Shown here: positions 40,706-49,787 of the stretch, one piece after another
Position numbering within the stretch: the stretch's first letter is position 1
Layout: each line of letters opens with the position of its first letter
Assembly: GCA_037045245.1 (NCBI GenBank)
Contig: JBAOHR010000010.1
Span: 9,569 to 73,568, forward strand
DNA: 64,000 bases
Direction: 5' to 3'
Origin: Gemmatimonadales bacterium
GTDB taxonomy: Bacteria > Gemmatimonadota > Gemmatimonadetes > Gemmatimonadales > GWC2-71-9
Notes under the pieces: model-generated
Databases searched by the model: none
What the model was told of the DNA's origin: nothing
Seen by the model: the letters and a program-made list of their open reading frames with translations, nothing else
Position numbers and translations under genes: made by a program

Positions 40706-42754
40706 CTACTGCGCCCGCAAGTCCGCGAAGTACGCCGCCAGTCCCTTCTGCGCGAGCCACACCGGATCCAGTTCGTAGTAGCGCGACTCGATGAAGCGCC
40801 CCGTGGTCGGGAAGTACGGCGGCGGATTGATCGCGCCGCACGGGTCATACGCATGCGCCTCGGCGTAGCCGTACGAGGAGGAGGCGGTGTAGTCGCTGTA
40901 GGTGTAGTAGTCGACGCGGCCCATCGCGATGCCGCCGCTCACGCGCACACAGCCCGCCGGCGCGCCACCGCACCGCTCGGCGGTGGCGGTCGCATCGAAG
41001 GTGCCGGTGAGGAAGTAGGGCGCGGCCGGGCCCGGGACGCCGTTCAGGCCGGTCGTGTAGAAGTTGCCGGTCGTGCCGGTGCCGCTGCCGGCGGCGAGGA
41101 TGAACATGTTGAACTGCTCATCCGTCGGGGTGTCGTCGAAGCCGCCGAACATCCGGGCCGCGACGCGGAACGGGGTCTGCACGTTGTTGTCGGCGATGAT
41201 CGCGTCGAGCGTCGCGATGCTCCCCATGATGTCGCCTTCGGCGTCGCACTTGGTGCCCGGCGCGTTGTGATAGAGGACGTCGTCGGCGAGGATGATGTTG
41301 CCCGTGGCGAAGACCGAGACACGGCCCCGCAGCTTGCCGCTCACGGCGACGTCGCCCTGCACGAAGACCACACCCTTGAAGTTGACGTTGGCGCCGAGCG
41401 GGATCAGGTAGGCGGCATCAGAGCGCACCGCGCTGAGGCCGGCCATCGCACCGCTGCGGCGCTTCTTCCAGAATCCCATCGGATACGTCAACGAGTTGGT
41501 GATCGTGGAGTCGGGTGTGATCACGCTCGACCCGGTGGTCGAGAAGAGCTCGGGGGCGCCGCCCAGCAGGCACTTGCGGGTGCCGGCGGGGGAGGGCGAG
41601 GCCGTGATTGAAGCCGGGCGCGTCCCCTGGGTGCCGCCCGAAAGGACGTACTGGACCGCGGCCCGCTTCACGGCGGCGGTGCCCGTGACGAAGTCGTACA
41701 CGTCCCTGGCCGTGTAGAAGTCCTGGGTGCCGTTCAGGTTGACCACGGCACCACAGTTCCACGACTGCATGTTGGGGTCGTCGTTGTAGGTCGTGCCCGA
41801 CGGGACGCGCGGCCAGCGACGGCCGGTCGTGTAGGCGAGCACCGAGTCGGAGGTGTTCCGGGCCACCCAGACCCGCATGAAGCCCTCGTTCCATTCGATC
41901 GTGCCGTTGCCGTTCACGTCGACGGTCAGGAACTCGATGCGCATCCCGGGCGTGTGCGACCCCGTGGTCGGGGCGGTGAGATCGTAGTCGCCGTTCGCGG
42001 CGTCGGCATCCTGGGCATACTGCCGCATCAGGTTGATGCGGGCCGGCGTCGGCCAGGGCACCGCCGTCGCACCGACCTTGATCCCCTTGCGGTAGTCCCC
42101 GGAGCTCTGGTTCGTCACCGAACCGACGACCGTGACCGGACCGGCGAAGACGGTCTTCGGCGAGGTGCAGCCCGACTGCAACTTGAGGGCGTTGTTCGAG
42201 TGGAACGGCCCCGTGATCGACTCGCTGCAGCCGTACGCCGCCGAGCCCGCCCAGTTGTTGACGGCGACGGCGAACTTGGCCCACGATTCCTGCGTCAGGA
42301 GCAGGCGTCGGGCGGCGACGGCGCCGCGTCCGTCACGAATCACGGAGAGTGCGCTGGCGAAGTTGCTCCCGTACTGCCCGGCGGTGGCCGAACCGCCGGT
42401 GCGCCCGCCGGTCCGTCCCACGTAGAGGGAGCGGGAGATGTACGGCACCGTGCCGCCCAGGGCGTCGAGCACCGGGGCGTTGCTGGCCATCGTCGTGTAG
42501 CCGTTGAACGGCAGCAGCGAATCGAAGATGCCGCGGTTGAGCGAGTCGCGGATGATCTCGAGGCCGCCGTTCGCCGCCGCTTGCAGTGCGGCTTCCTTCG
42601 CCGTGAACTTGGTGGTCTCCTGGGCGGCACCGCTCATGAGGATCGCGCCCATGGCCATCGCCGCGATCGCGATCGACACCAGCAGCGTGAGGATGAGGGC
42701 GGCGCCGCGCCGGTCGTGGCGCAACGCGCGGGGGCGTGGCAGCGTGGTGGTCAT
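40706..42754 (-). CDS. large PilX-N-terminal-domain protein (putative pilus-tip/minor-pilin-associated protein)
   Basis: 682 aa from ATG 42754 (ATGA overlap with the upstream gene). The N-terminus RRGAALILTLLVSIAIAAMAMGAIL resembles the PilX_N pattern. The rest is Gly/Thr/Ser/Asn-rich and beta-helix-like (KGVVFVQGDVAVSGKLRGRVSVFATGNIILADDVLY). The 975-aa ORF-track start was rejected. Confidence 0.7.
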   Translation of the reverse strand: MTTTLPRPRALRHDRRGAALILTLLVSIAIAAMAMGAILMSGAAQETTKFTAKEAALQAAANGGLEIIRDSLNRGIFDSLLPFNGYTTMASNAPVLDALGGTVPYISRSLYVGRTGGRTGGSATAGQYGSNFASALSVIRDGRGAVAARRLLLTQESWAKFAVAVNNWAGSAAYGCSESITGPFHSNNALKLQSGCTSPKTVFAGPVTVVGSVTNQSSGDYRKGIKVGATAVPWPTPARINLMRQYAQDADAANGDYDLTAPTTGSHTPGMRIEFLTVDVNGNGTIEWNEGFMRVWVARNTSDSVLAYTTGRRWPRVPSGTTYNDDPNMQSWNCGAVVNLNGTQDFYTARDVYDFVTGTAAVKRAAVQYVLSGGTQGTRPASITASPSPAGTRKCLLGGAPELFSTTGSSVITPDSTITNSLTYPMGFWKKRRSGAMAGLSAVRSDAAYLIPLGANVNFKGVVFVQGDVAVSGKLRGRVSVFATGNIILADDVLYHNAPGTKCDAEGDIMGSIATLDAIIADNNVQTPFRVAARMFGGFDDTPTDEQFNMFILAAGSGTGTTGNFYTTGLNGVPGPAAPYFLTGTFDATATAERCGGAPAGCVRVSGGIAMGRVDYYTYSDYTASSSYGYAEAHAYDPCGAINPPPYFPTTGRFIESRYYELDPVWLAQKGLAAYFADLRAQ

Positions 42755-43947
42755 GGCGCGGCGCTCGTCGTGATGGCGGTGGTTCGGATCGTCGACTGCG
42801 ATGGCGTGCAGTCCTGCGCAGCGATGCCGAAGGTGTAGCCCGTGGAGAAGGAGTGGCCCGTGATGTCCGTGGAGTAACTTGTCTGGCCCGCCTCGGCGCG
42901 GACCACCAGGAGCGGTTCGGCCCAGGTGGTGGCCGAGCTGAGACGACGCCAGATGATGTATTGCGTGACGTCCTGCTCGCCGGCTTCCTGGTCGGGCGAG
43001 GCCGTCCACGAAATGCGGATCACGCCATCGCCCGGGTTCGGCTCGGCCGCCGAGAGCGAACCCGGCTCGAGCGGGACACGACCGCAGACCGTCGGGAGCG
43101 GGATGCCGTTGTTCGGCACCTCGATCGTCGTCGACATGTCGCGGAAGCGCTCGGCGGCGCCGGGGGCACCGTTCGTCAACCGGAAATTCATCCGGACCGC
43201 GCGGATGGAATCGGGCCGGACGTAGTTCGCCGAGTCCGCGGCCGTGATCCCCGCGACGAGCGGCCGGCGAATCAGCGGCAGCACGCCGGCGGGCGCGATC
43301 TGGAGCGTGTCCCCCGTCGAGAGTTGCCGCTGCATCAGGTACTCGAAGAACGGCCGCCCATTGGGGTGCGCCAGGATGTTCCGGGTCACCATCTCTGGGG
43401 TTCCGGCGTTCACCCGCTGCCACATCACGTAGTCGTCGCTCCGGGTGGTGTTGGCGTCGAGCTCGAAATAGAGCATGTACGTCTCGGCGGCCGACGGCGA
43501 GCCGTTCCCGAGCTGGTACGTCACCGGCGGGTAGGTGTAACTGGGCGACGAATTCGGGATGGCCGCCTGGGCTGCCTGCGTCCACGCCGTGGTCTCTTCG
43601 ACCGGGGTGTCGACGTTGAAGTACGTCGCCCACCGCATGTCGACCGTGTCCTGCTCGACGTAGTCCGTGTTGAACGCGAGGATGGTGTTCGCGCCGTAGA
43701 CCAGGACCGGCTGGTTGTTCGGGGTCCCGGCGCCCATCGTCCGGATGATCCGTTCCGAGGCTTCAATGGCGCCGCGGGCGCTCTCGATCAGGTCGTAGCG
43801 CGCGGTGTTGCTCTTGAAGTTCTGGCTCTGCGACCGGAAGAGCGCGTAGGTCGCGCCCGTGACGAACGTGAGCACCGTGACGGCGAGCAGCAGCTCCATC
43901 AGGGTGAAACCGGCTCGGCGGCGGGCGGCAGGCAGGTGGTTGGTCAT
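42751..43947 (-). CDS. PilW-like type IV minor pilin with a C-terminal fibronectin-III-like domain
   Basis: 398 aa with a prepilin-type N-terminus RAG/FTLMELLLAV (Glu at +5). The C-terminal segment IRISWTASPDQEAGEQDVTQYIIWRR...GQTSYSTD...YTFGIAAQD looks FN3-like. Confidence 0.75.
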   Translation of the reverse strand: MTNHLPAARRRAGFTLMELLLAVTVLTFVTGATYALFRSQSQNFKSNTARYDLIESARGAIEASERIIRTMGAGTPNNQPVLVYGANTILAFNTDYVEQDTVDMRWATYFNVDTPVEETTAWTQAAQAAIPNSSPSYTYPPVTYQLGNGSPSAAETYMLYFELDANTTRSDDYVMWQRVNAGTPEMVTRNILAHPNGRPFFEYLMQRQLSTGDTLQIAPAGVLPLIRRPLVAGITAADSANYVRPDSIRAVRMNFRLTNGAPGAAERFRDMSTTIEVPNNGIPLPTVCGRVPLEPGSLSAAEPNPGDGVIRISWTASPDQEAGEQDVTQYIIWRRLSSATTWAEPLLVVRAEAGQTSYSTDITGHSFSTGYTFGIAAQDCTPSQSTIRTTAITTSAAP

Positions 43948-43948
43948 G

Positions 43949-44344
43949 TCAGGGGCTCGCGATGACGGCGGTGACGGCGACGGTGTCCTTGAGGCCTGGG
44001 TCGATGACCCGGACGGTCACCACGGTCCGGTCCCGCGCCGGGGAGCCGGACTGGTCGCGCACGATGGTGGTGATCCGTCGCATCCGGGGGAAGCCGGAGA
44101 ACCCGGTGGTATCGGCACCGGCCCCGCTGCCGTAGAGGGTGGCCAGCCGGGTGTACCGGGGGTCGGCCCGGACCAGTTCCATCCGGTCCTGGGCGACGCC
44201 AGCCGAGATGACCCGGATCGAGGAACCGGTCATTCCCCGGGAGAATGCGGTCGAGAACTTGGCGAAGGTGGTGGTGATCAGGACCAGAATCACGACCGCC
44301 AGCAGGACCTCGACCAAGGTGAAACCGCGTCGGTCGTGGTTCAA
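43949..44344 (-). CDS. PilV-like type IV minor pilin
   Basis: 131 aa from TTG 44344, with GGAGGG 4 nt upstream. The prepilin N-terminus is RRG/FTLVEVLLAVV. The ORF-track ATG at 44425 would add an unlikely leader. Confidence 0.7.
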   Translation of the reverse strand: MNHDRRGFTLVEVLLAVVILVLITTTFAKFSTAFSRGMTGSSIRVISAGVAQDRMELVRADPRYTRLATLYGSGAGADTTGFSGFPRMRRITTIVRDQSGSPARDRTVVTVRVIDPGLKDTVAVTAVIASP

Positions 44345-44893
44345 TTGGCCCTCCGCCAGGTGCCGGTGCTCAGTGAGTACAGGGTGGGCCGTCCGGTGGC
44401 CCGGACAACCGAGATCGCTCGGCAACGCTTGCAGGATGCGTCAGGCAGCGCCGAGGTGAGGTAGATCGTACCGCCCCGGGAAGCCGACCCGTCGCGCCGG
44501 AAAATGATGGTGGAAAGCTCGGTCGGGTCGGAGGGGCCGGGTACGTCGGCGGTCGACCCCTTGGCTGAGGCGTGCCGGCTCATCCAGGACCACCGTCCGG
44601 ACCCGCTCCCCGCTGCCGACGGCCCCGTTGTTGTCGACGTCCTCATGGATCTGGATCCGCTGGGGGTCGATCACCACGAAGCGCACGTTCGCCTGCAGGG
44701 TGACGGCAAGTCGCTGCGCCTTGCTCACTTCCGTGATCACCTCGCGGGCGATCGCGTCGGTCCGGTACCGCTGCCAGTCGAGACGCGAGGCGGCGATCCC
44801 TGAGAGGATGCCGATCATGACAATCACGATCAGCAGCTCGATCAGGGTGACGCCGTGGCGTCCCGACCGGCAAGGGGCGCCGGTCGAGATCAT
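44341..44893 (-). pseudogene. FimT/GspH-like minor pilin, reading frame broken near 44545-44560 as sequenced
   Basis: The N-terminal part from ATG 44893 (RHG/VTLIELLIVIVMIGILSGIAASRL...) is in one frame. The family-typical C-terminus (TIIFRRDGSASRGGTIYLTS...RAISVVRATGRPTLY) is in another frame that ends in a TTGA overlap with the PilV-like start. The original frame continues into Arg/Pro/His-rich text with lower GC3. Confidence 0.65.
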
Positions 44894-45024
44894 TCGACGT
44901 TTCACGTTGCATCGCACGCGGTGGGCCAATTGTCCTGCCTCTGGATGGAGCCGACTGCCGGGAGCCGTTACCTTCCCGCTCGCGAACACGGGCTGCCCTC
45001 CTCCACTTCTGCTAGTTTCGGACC

Positions 45025-46356
45025 ATGGCTGATCTGACTTTAATGGACAAGCTGGTCTCCCTGGCCAAGCGCCGGGGCTTCGTCTTCCAATCCTCGGAAG
45101 TCTACGGCGGGCTGGGCTCGGTCTGGGACTACGGCCCGCTCGGCGTGGAGCTGAAGCGTAACGTCAAGGACCGCTGGTGGCGCTCCCTGGTCCATGCCCG
45201 GGACGACATCGAGGGACTGGATGCCGCCATCCTGATGCACCCCAAGGTCTGGGAGGCTTCCGGCCACGTGGCCGGCTTTACCGACCCCATGGTGGATTGC
45301 CGGACCTGCAAGGGTCGCTTCCGGGCCGACAAGCTCGCCGACGCCCGCTGCCCCCAGAAGCCGAGCAAGGGGCCGGGGGAGCATTCCGCCTGCGACCTGA
45401 CCGAGCCGCGGCTCTTCAACCTGATGTTCAAGACGTTCATGGGCCCGGTCGAGGACACGGCGGCCGTCGTCTACCTCCGGCCGGAGACCGCCCAGGGAAT
45501 CTACGTCAACTATCTGAACGTTCTGAACAGCTCGCGCCAGAAGATTCCCTTCGGGATCGCGCAGGTCGGCAAGGCGTTCCGGAACGAGATCACGCCCGGA
45601 AACTTCATCTTCCGGACGCGCGAATTCGAGCAGATGGAGATGCAGTTCTTCGTGCGGCCCGGCAGCGACATGGAGTGGTTCGAGCAGTGGCGCGCCATCC
45701 GGATGCAGTGGCACCATGATCTGGGGCTCACGCCGAGCAAGCTGCGCTGGCACGAGCACGGGCCGGGCGAGCTCGCGCACTATGCCAAGGCCGCCTACGA
45801 CATCGAGTACGAGTTTCCGTTCGGCTGGCAGGAGATCGAGGGGATCCACAACCGCGGTGACTTCGACCTCGGCCGGCATCAGGAGCACTCGGGGAAGAAG
45901 CTCGAGTACTTCGATCCCGCCGCGAACGAGCGCTTCCTGCCGTACATCGTCGAGACGTCCGCGGGCGCCGATCGCGTCACGCTGACGGTGATGGCCGATG
46001 CCTACCGTGAGGAGGATGTCGACGGCGAGGTGCGTGTCGTGCTCGGCTTCCATCCGCGCATCGCGCCGATCAAGGCCGCCGTGCTGCCGCTGACCAAGAA
46101 GGACGGCCTGCCCGACGTGGCCGACGCGCTCTATCACGACGTCAAGCGTCGCTTCCCCGCGTTCTACGACGACGGCGGCGCGATCGGCCGGCGTTATCGC
46201 CGGCAGGACGAGGTCGGCACGCCGTGGTGCTTCACGATCGATCATGACACGTTGACCGATCGCACGGTCACCGTGCGCCATCGCGACTCGATGCAGCAGG
46301 AGCGTATCGGCCTCGACCAGGTTGTCGCCTGGGTGGCCGCCAAGCTGGAGGGGTGA
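45025..46356 (+). CDS. glyQS: glycine--tRNA ligase (homodimeric class II type)
   Basis: 443 aa (LAKRRGFVFQSSEVYGGLGSVWDYGPLGVELKRNV...). Confidence 0.95.
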   Translation: MADLTLMDKLVSLAKRRGFVFQSSEVYGGLGSVWDYGPLGVELKRNVKDRWWRSLVHARDDIEGLDAAILMHPKVWEASGHVAGFTDPMVDCRTCKGRFRADKLADARCPQKPSKGPGEHSACDLTEPRLFNLMFKTFMGPVEDTAAVVYLRPETAQGIYVNYLNVLNSSRQKIPFGIAQVGKAFRNEITPGNFIFRTREFEQMEMQFFVRPGSDMEWFEQWRAIRMQWHHDLGLTPSKLRWHEHGPGELAHYAKAAYDIEYEFPFGWQEIEGIHNRGDFDLGRHQEHSGKKLEYFDPAANERFLPYIVETSAGADRVTLTVMADAYREEDVDGEVRVVLGFHPRIAPIKAAVLPLTKKDGLPDVADALYHDVKRRFPAFYDDGGAIGRRYRRQDEVGTPWCFTIDHDTLTDRTVTVRHRDSMQQERIGLDQVVAWVAAKLEG

Positions 46357-46358
46357 AG

Positions 46359-47636
46359 ATGCCGAAGCACGCAGCCCACCGGGCGATCGGGGCGCACGTG
46401 TTGCGCCCCGAGAGCCTGATGATGGGGTATGGTTACGATCCGGCGCTGTCCGAAGGCGCGATCAAGTGTCCGATCTTCCAGACGTCGACCTTCGTCTTCG
46501 AGAGCGCCGAGGCCGGCAAGGCCTTCTTCGAGGTCGCGTACGGACTCCGCGAGGCCAGCCCGGGTGAAGTGCCCGGGCTGATCTATTCCCGGCTCAACAA
46601 TCCCGACCTCGAAGTGCTCGAGGACCGGCTCTGTCTCTGGGATGAGGCGGAGAGCTGCGCCGTCTTCAGCAGCGGGATGGCCGCGACCACGACGGCCTTG
46701 ATGGCCTACCTGCGGCCCGGCGACGCCGTGATCTACAGCGCGCCGATCTATGGCGGCTCGGACCACTTCCTCCATCACGTCCTGCCGACCTGGGGCGTGA
46801 CGGCGATCGCACTGCCCGCCGGGGAACCGGCGGCGGCGCACGAGGCGCGGCTTCGCACCGCGCTGGCCGGCCGACCGCTCGGCGCAGTCCTCCTCGAGAC
46901 ACCGGCGAATCCGACCAACGGCCTGGTCGACATCGCCGATGTCGTGGCCATGGTGCGCCGCCTGGAGACGGCGGGACGCCACGCCCCCGTGATGGTCGAC
47001 AACACCTTCCTGGGCCCGCTCTGGCAGCAGCCGCTGCGCCACGGCGCCGACATCGTCCTCTACTCGGCGACGAAGTTCATCGGCGGGCACAGCGACGTGA
47101 TCGCCGGCGCCGCGCTGGGCAGCCGCGCCATCATGGCGCCGGTGCGCGGCCTCCGCACCTTCCTCGGCTCGATGCTCTCGCCGATGGATGGCTGGCTGCT
47201 GATGCGCTCGCTCGAGACGCTCAAGATGCGGATGACCGCGGCGATGAAGAACGCCCGGCATGTCGCGCGATTCCTGAAGGCCCATCCGAAGGTGGCGGCG
47301 CTGCACTACCTCGGCGAGATGGGTGCCGAGCATCCGATGCGCGAGGTGTACGACCGGCAGTGCACCGGTCCCGGGTCGCTGATCGCCTTCGAAGTCCCCG
47401 GTGGCGAGGCGGCGGCCTTCCGGGTGCTGAACGCGCTCCAGCTCGCGAAGCTGGCGGTGTCGCTGGGCGGCACCGAATCGCTGGTCGAGCATCCGGCCTC
47501 GATGACGCATGCCGACGTCTCGAAGGCGGACCAGGCGCGCTACGGCATCACGCCCGGCCTGATCCGCCTCTCGGTCGGGGTCGAGCACTACGAGGACCTG
47601 ATCGCGGACCTCGCCCAGGCGCTCGAGCACGCCTGA
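46359..47636 (+). CDS. Cys/Met-metabolism PLP-dependent enzyme (cystathionine gamma-synthase / methionine gamma-lyase family)
   Basis: ~425 aa with the PLP-lysine context YSATKFIGGHSDVIAG. The start is ATG 46359 (GGAGGGG upstream) or GTG 46353. Confidence 0.88.
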   Translation: MPKHAAHRAIGAHVLRPESLMMGYGYDPALSEGAIKCPIFQTSTFVFESAEAGKAFFEVAYGLREASPGEVPGLIYSRLNNPDLEVLEDRLCLWDEAESCAVFSSGMAATTTALMAYLRPGDAVIYSAPIYGGSDHFLHHVLPTWGVTAIALPAGEPAAAHEARLRTALAGRPLGAVLLETPANPTNGLVDIADVVAMVRRLETAGRHAPVMVDNTFLGPLWQQPLRHGADIVLYSATKFIGGHSDVIAGAALGSRAIMAPVRGLRTFLGSMLSPMDGWLLMRSLETLKMRMTAAMKNARHVARFLKAHPKVAALHYLGEMGAEHPMREVYDRQCTGPGSLIAFEVPGGEAAAFRVLNALQLAKLAVSLGGTESLVEHPASMTHADVSKADQARYGITPGLIRLSVGVEHYEDLIADLAQALEHA

Positions 47637-47642
47637 GGCCCG

Positions 47643-48350
47643 GTGCAACTCGCCGAGTTCGAGCGGATGATCCGCCGGATGAGCACGGAGGTCCCCGCCG
47701 AATATTTCGACGGGGTGACGGAGGTGGTGGTGTCGCCTCGCGCCGTGCCGCATCCGACGCGCGCCGAGATCTACACGCTCGGCGAGTGCATTCCGCTTCC
47801 CCTCGAGCAGGAGGCCCCCGAGGCGGTGCAGAGCCGGGTGGTGCTGTATCACGGCTCCTTCCTCGCCCTGGCCCACCTCGATCCGGACTTCGATTGGGAG
47901 CGCGAGGGGTGGGAGACGCTCACGCACGAGCTGCGGCACCATGTCGAGTGGCGCGCACGCGGCGACGACCTCGAGGCGCTCGACCGGGCAGCCGAGGCCA
48001 ACTACGCCCGGCAGGACGGCGATCCGTTCGACCCGCTCTTCTTCCTCGACGGCGACGCCCCGGTGGCCGATGTCTATCAGGTGGAGGACGACTGGTTCCT
48101 CGACCTCGTGGTGCGGCAGGTGCCGTCGGCGGTTCGCTTCAACTGGCACGGCAAGCGCTACGTGGCGGAGGTCCCTCCGGAGACGTCGCTTCCCGCCTAT
48201 CTTCTGGTGGACGGCGTGGACGAGCCGCCCCCGGGCGACCTGATCCTCGTGCTGCGGATCAAGCCACGCCTGTTCGACCTCTTTCGTTCCCGCCCCCTGC
48301 ACCAGGGTGCGGTGCAGGCGGTGTCCGACACGCGCGATGAGGTGACCTGA
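47643..48350 (+). CDS. HExxH metallopeptidase-like protein (Zincin_1/DUF1025-like N-terminal domain plus an unknown C-terminal domain)
   Basis: 235 aa with the motif THELRHHVEW (HExxH), preceded by a layout recalled from the DUF1025 family (F..V..VP..Y...V..VVV ... LYHGSF). Confidence 0.6.
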   Translation: MQLAEFERMIRRMSTEVPAEYFDGVTEVVVSPRAVPHPTRAEIYTLGECIPLPLEQEAPEAVQSRVVLYHGSFLALAHLDPDFDWEREGWETLTHELRHHVEWRARGDDLEALDRAAEANYARQDGDPFDPLFFLDGDAPVADVYQVEDDWFLDLVVRQVPSAVRFNWHGKRYVAEVPPETSLPAYLLVDGVDEPPPGDLILVLRIKPRLFDLFRSRPLHQGAVQAVSDTRDEVT

Positions 48351-48619
48351 TGGTATTCAACGTGACGACCTCCCTCGACGCCGGCGACGTGATCAGCCGC
48401 GCCAAGCGCTTCTTCGCCGAGCGCATTCCGCATCACGCCGCCTTTCCGGAAAAGGAGGGCGACAGCTGGCTGGTCCTGCGCGGGCAGGGCGGGGAGGAGA
48501 TTGCGCTCGCCACCTCGACCGTCGACGGCGTGACGCGTGTGCGCGCCTCCACGCTGCTCTTCGATCATGCGGTCGACCGGTTTCTGAGCACGCTGCCGCC
48601 GGCGGAGGTGCCGGCATGA
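48350..48619 (+). CDS. hypothetical protein (89 aa)
   Basis: High GC3, with TGATG coupling upstream and ATGA coupling downstream. No recognisable motif. Confidence 0.6.
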   Translation: MVFNVTTSLDAGDVISRAKRFFAERIPHHAAFPEKEGDSWLVLRGQGGEEIALATSTVDGVTRVRASTLLFDHAVDRFLSTLPPAEVPA

Positions 48620-48876
48620 GCGCCGAGCTCCCGATTCGCGTCATGGTCCACGAGGTATGGGACGAGATCCCGATGGCGGTGACGCCGGCAACCACGGTGC
48701 GCGAGATCAAGCAGCGCGCCCTGGCGGCGGCGCGGGTCGTCGAGCCCGCAGATGCCTTTCTGGTGAAGTTCCGCGGCGCGGCGCTCGCCGACGAGTCGCG
48801 CACGGTGGCGGAGAGCGGCTTCCCGGCCGGCGCCCCGTTGATCGTGCTGCGTCGGCTGCGCCGCCCGGTGCACTGA
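48616..48876 (+). CDS. hypothetical protein with a ubiquitin-like (beta-grasp) sequence pattern
   Basis: 86 aa. By eye it aligns to ubiquitin over its length (IRVMV..., TVREIK, FLVKFRGAALADESRTVAESGF, PLIVLRRLRRPVH versus LIFAGKQLEDGRTLSDYNI, LHLVLRLRGG). There is no C-terminal GG. Confidence 0.5.
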   Translation: MSAELPIRVMVHEVWDEIPMAVTPATTVREIKQRALAAARVVEPADAFLVKFRGAALADESRTVAESGFPAGAPLIVLRRLRRPVH

Positions 48877-48890
48877 GCGGGACGACCCCG

Positions 48891-49778
48891 ATGCTGGTCG
48901 TCACCGCCGCGGCGTGCCTCGCGCACGATCCCGGCCGGAGCATGCCCGAACAACCGGCGCGGCTGCGCGCCGTGCTGCAGCGCCTCGCGGCCGCCGGGAT
49001 CCCGGTCTCGGAGGCGCCCGCCGCGTCGGCCGAGTCGCTGGCCACCCTCCACGATCCCGAGTACCTGCGCGACCTCGAGGCGATGAGCCGTCGCGGCGCC
49101 GGCGACTATGGCCCGGACTGTCCCGTCGGCCCGGACACCTGGCGTGCCACGCTTGCCGCCGCCGGTGCCGCGCAGGCCGCCCTCGCGCATGCGCTGGACG
49201 GCAGGGGCCACGCGTTTGCCGCGATCCGTCCGCCGGGGCACCACGCGCTGCGTCACGAGGCGATGGGCTTCTGCTATGCCAACCACGTCGCCCTGCTCGC
49301 CGCCGAGGCGCGGCGCCAGGGACGCGATCGGGTGCTGATCATCGATTGGGACGTGCACCATGGCAACGGCACGCAGGCGCTGGTCGAGCACGACCCTACC
49401 ATCCGCTTCGTCTCGATGCACCAGTCGCCCTGGTGGCCGGGATCGGGCGCGGCCGATGAGCGCGGTGTCGGCAACATCTTCAACGTGCCGTTGCCCCCCA
49501 GGCTCGAGTCGGCGCGCTACGTCGAGGCGCTCTGGGCGGCGGTGACGACCGCGACCGCCGATTGGCGCCCCGACCTCGTGCTGGTGTCGGCCGGGTACGA
49601 TTGCATGGAAGGCGACCCGCTCGGCGGCTTCACCCTCGAACCGCCCGACTTCGCGGACTGGGTGGGGCGGCTCCGCACCGCCTTGCCCGCCGCCCCGATC
49701 GTCGCCCTGATGGAGGGAGGGTACCTCCCGGCGCGCCTCGCCAACGGGGTGCTGGCGACGGTCGCGGCGCTCACCTAA
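48891..49778 (+). CDS. histone deacetylase / acetoin-utilisation / acetylpolyamine amidohydrolase family protein
   Basis: 295 aa from ATG 48891 with the motifs RPPGHHA, DWDVHHGNGTQ, SAGYD and EGGY. Confidence 0.88.
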   Translation: MLVVTAAACLAHDPGRSMPEQPARLRAVLQRLAAAGIPVSEAPAASAESLATLHDPEYLRDLEAMSRRGAGDYGPDCPVGPDTWRATLAAAGAAQAALAHALDGRGHAFAAIRPPGHHALRHEAMGFCYANHVALLAAEARRQGRDRVLIIDWDVHHGNGTQALVEHDPTIRFVSMHQSPWWPGSGAADERGVGNIFNVPLPPRLESARYVEALWAAVTTATADWRPDLVLVSAGYDCMEGDPLGGFTLEPPDFADWVGRLRTALPAAPIVALMEGGYLPARLANGVLATVAALT

Positions 49779-49787
49779 GCTTCCCCC

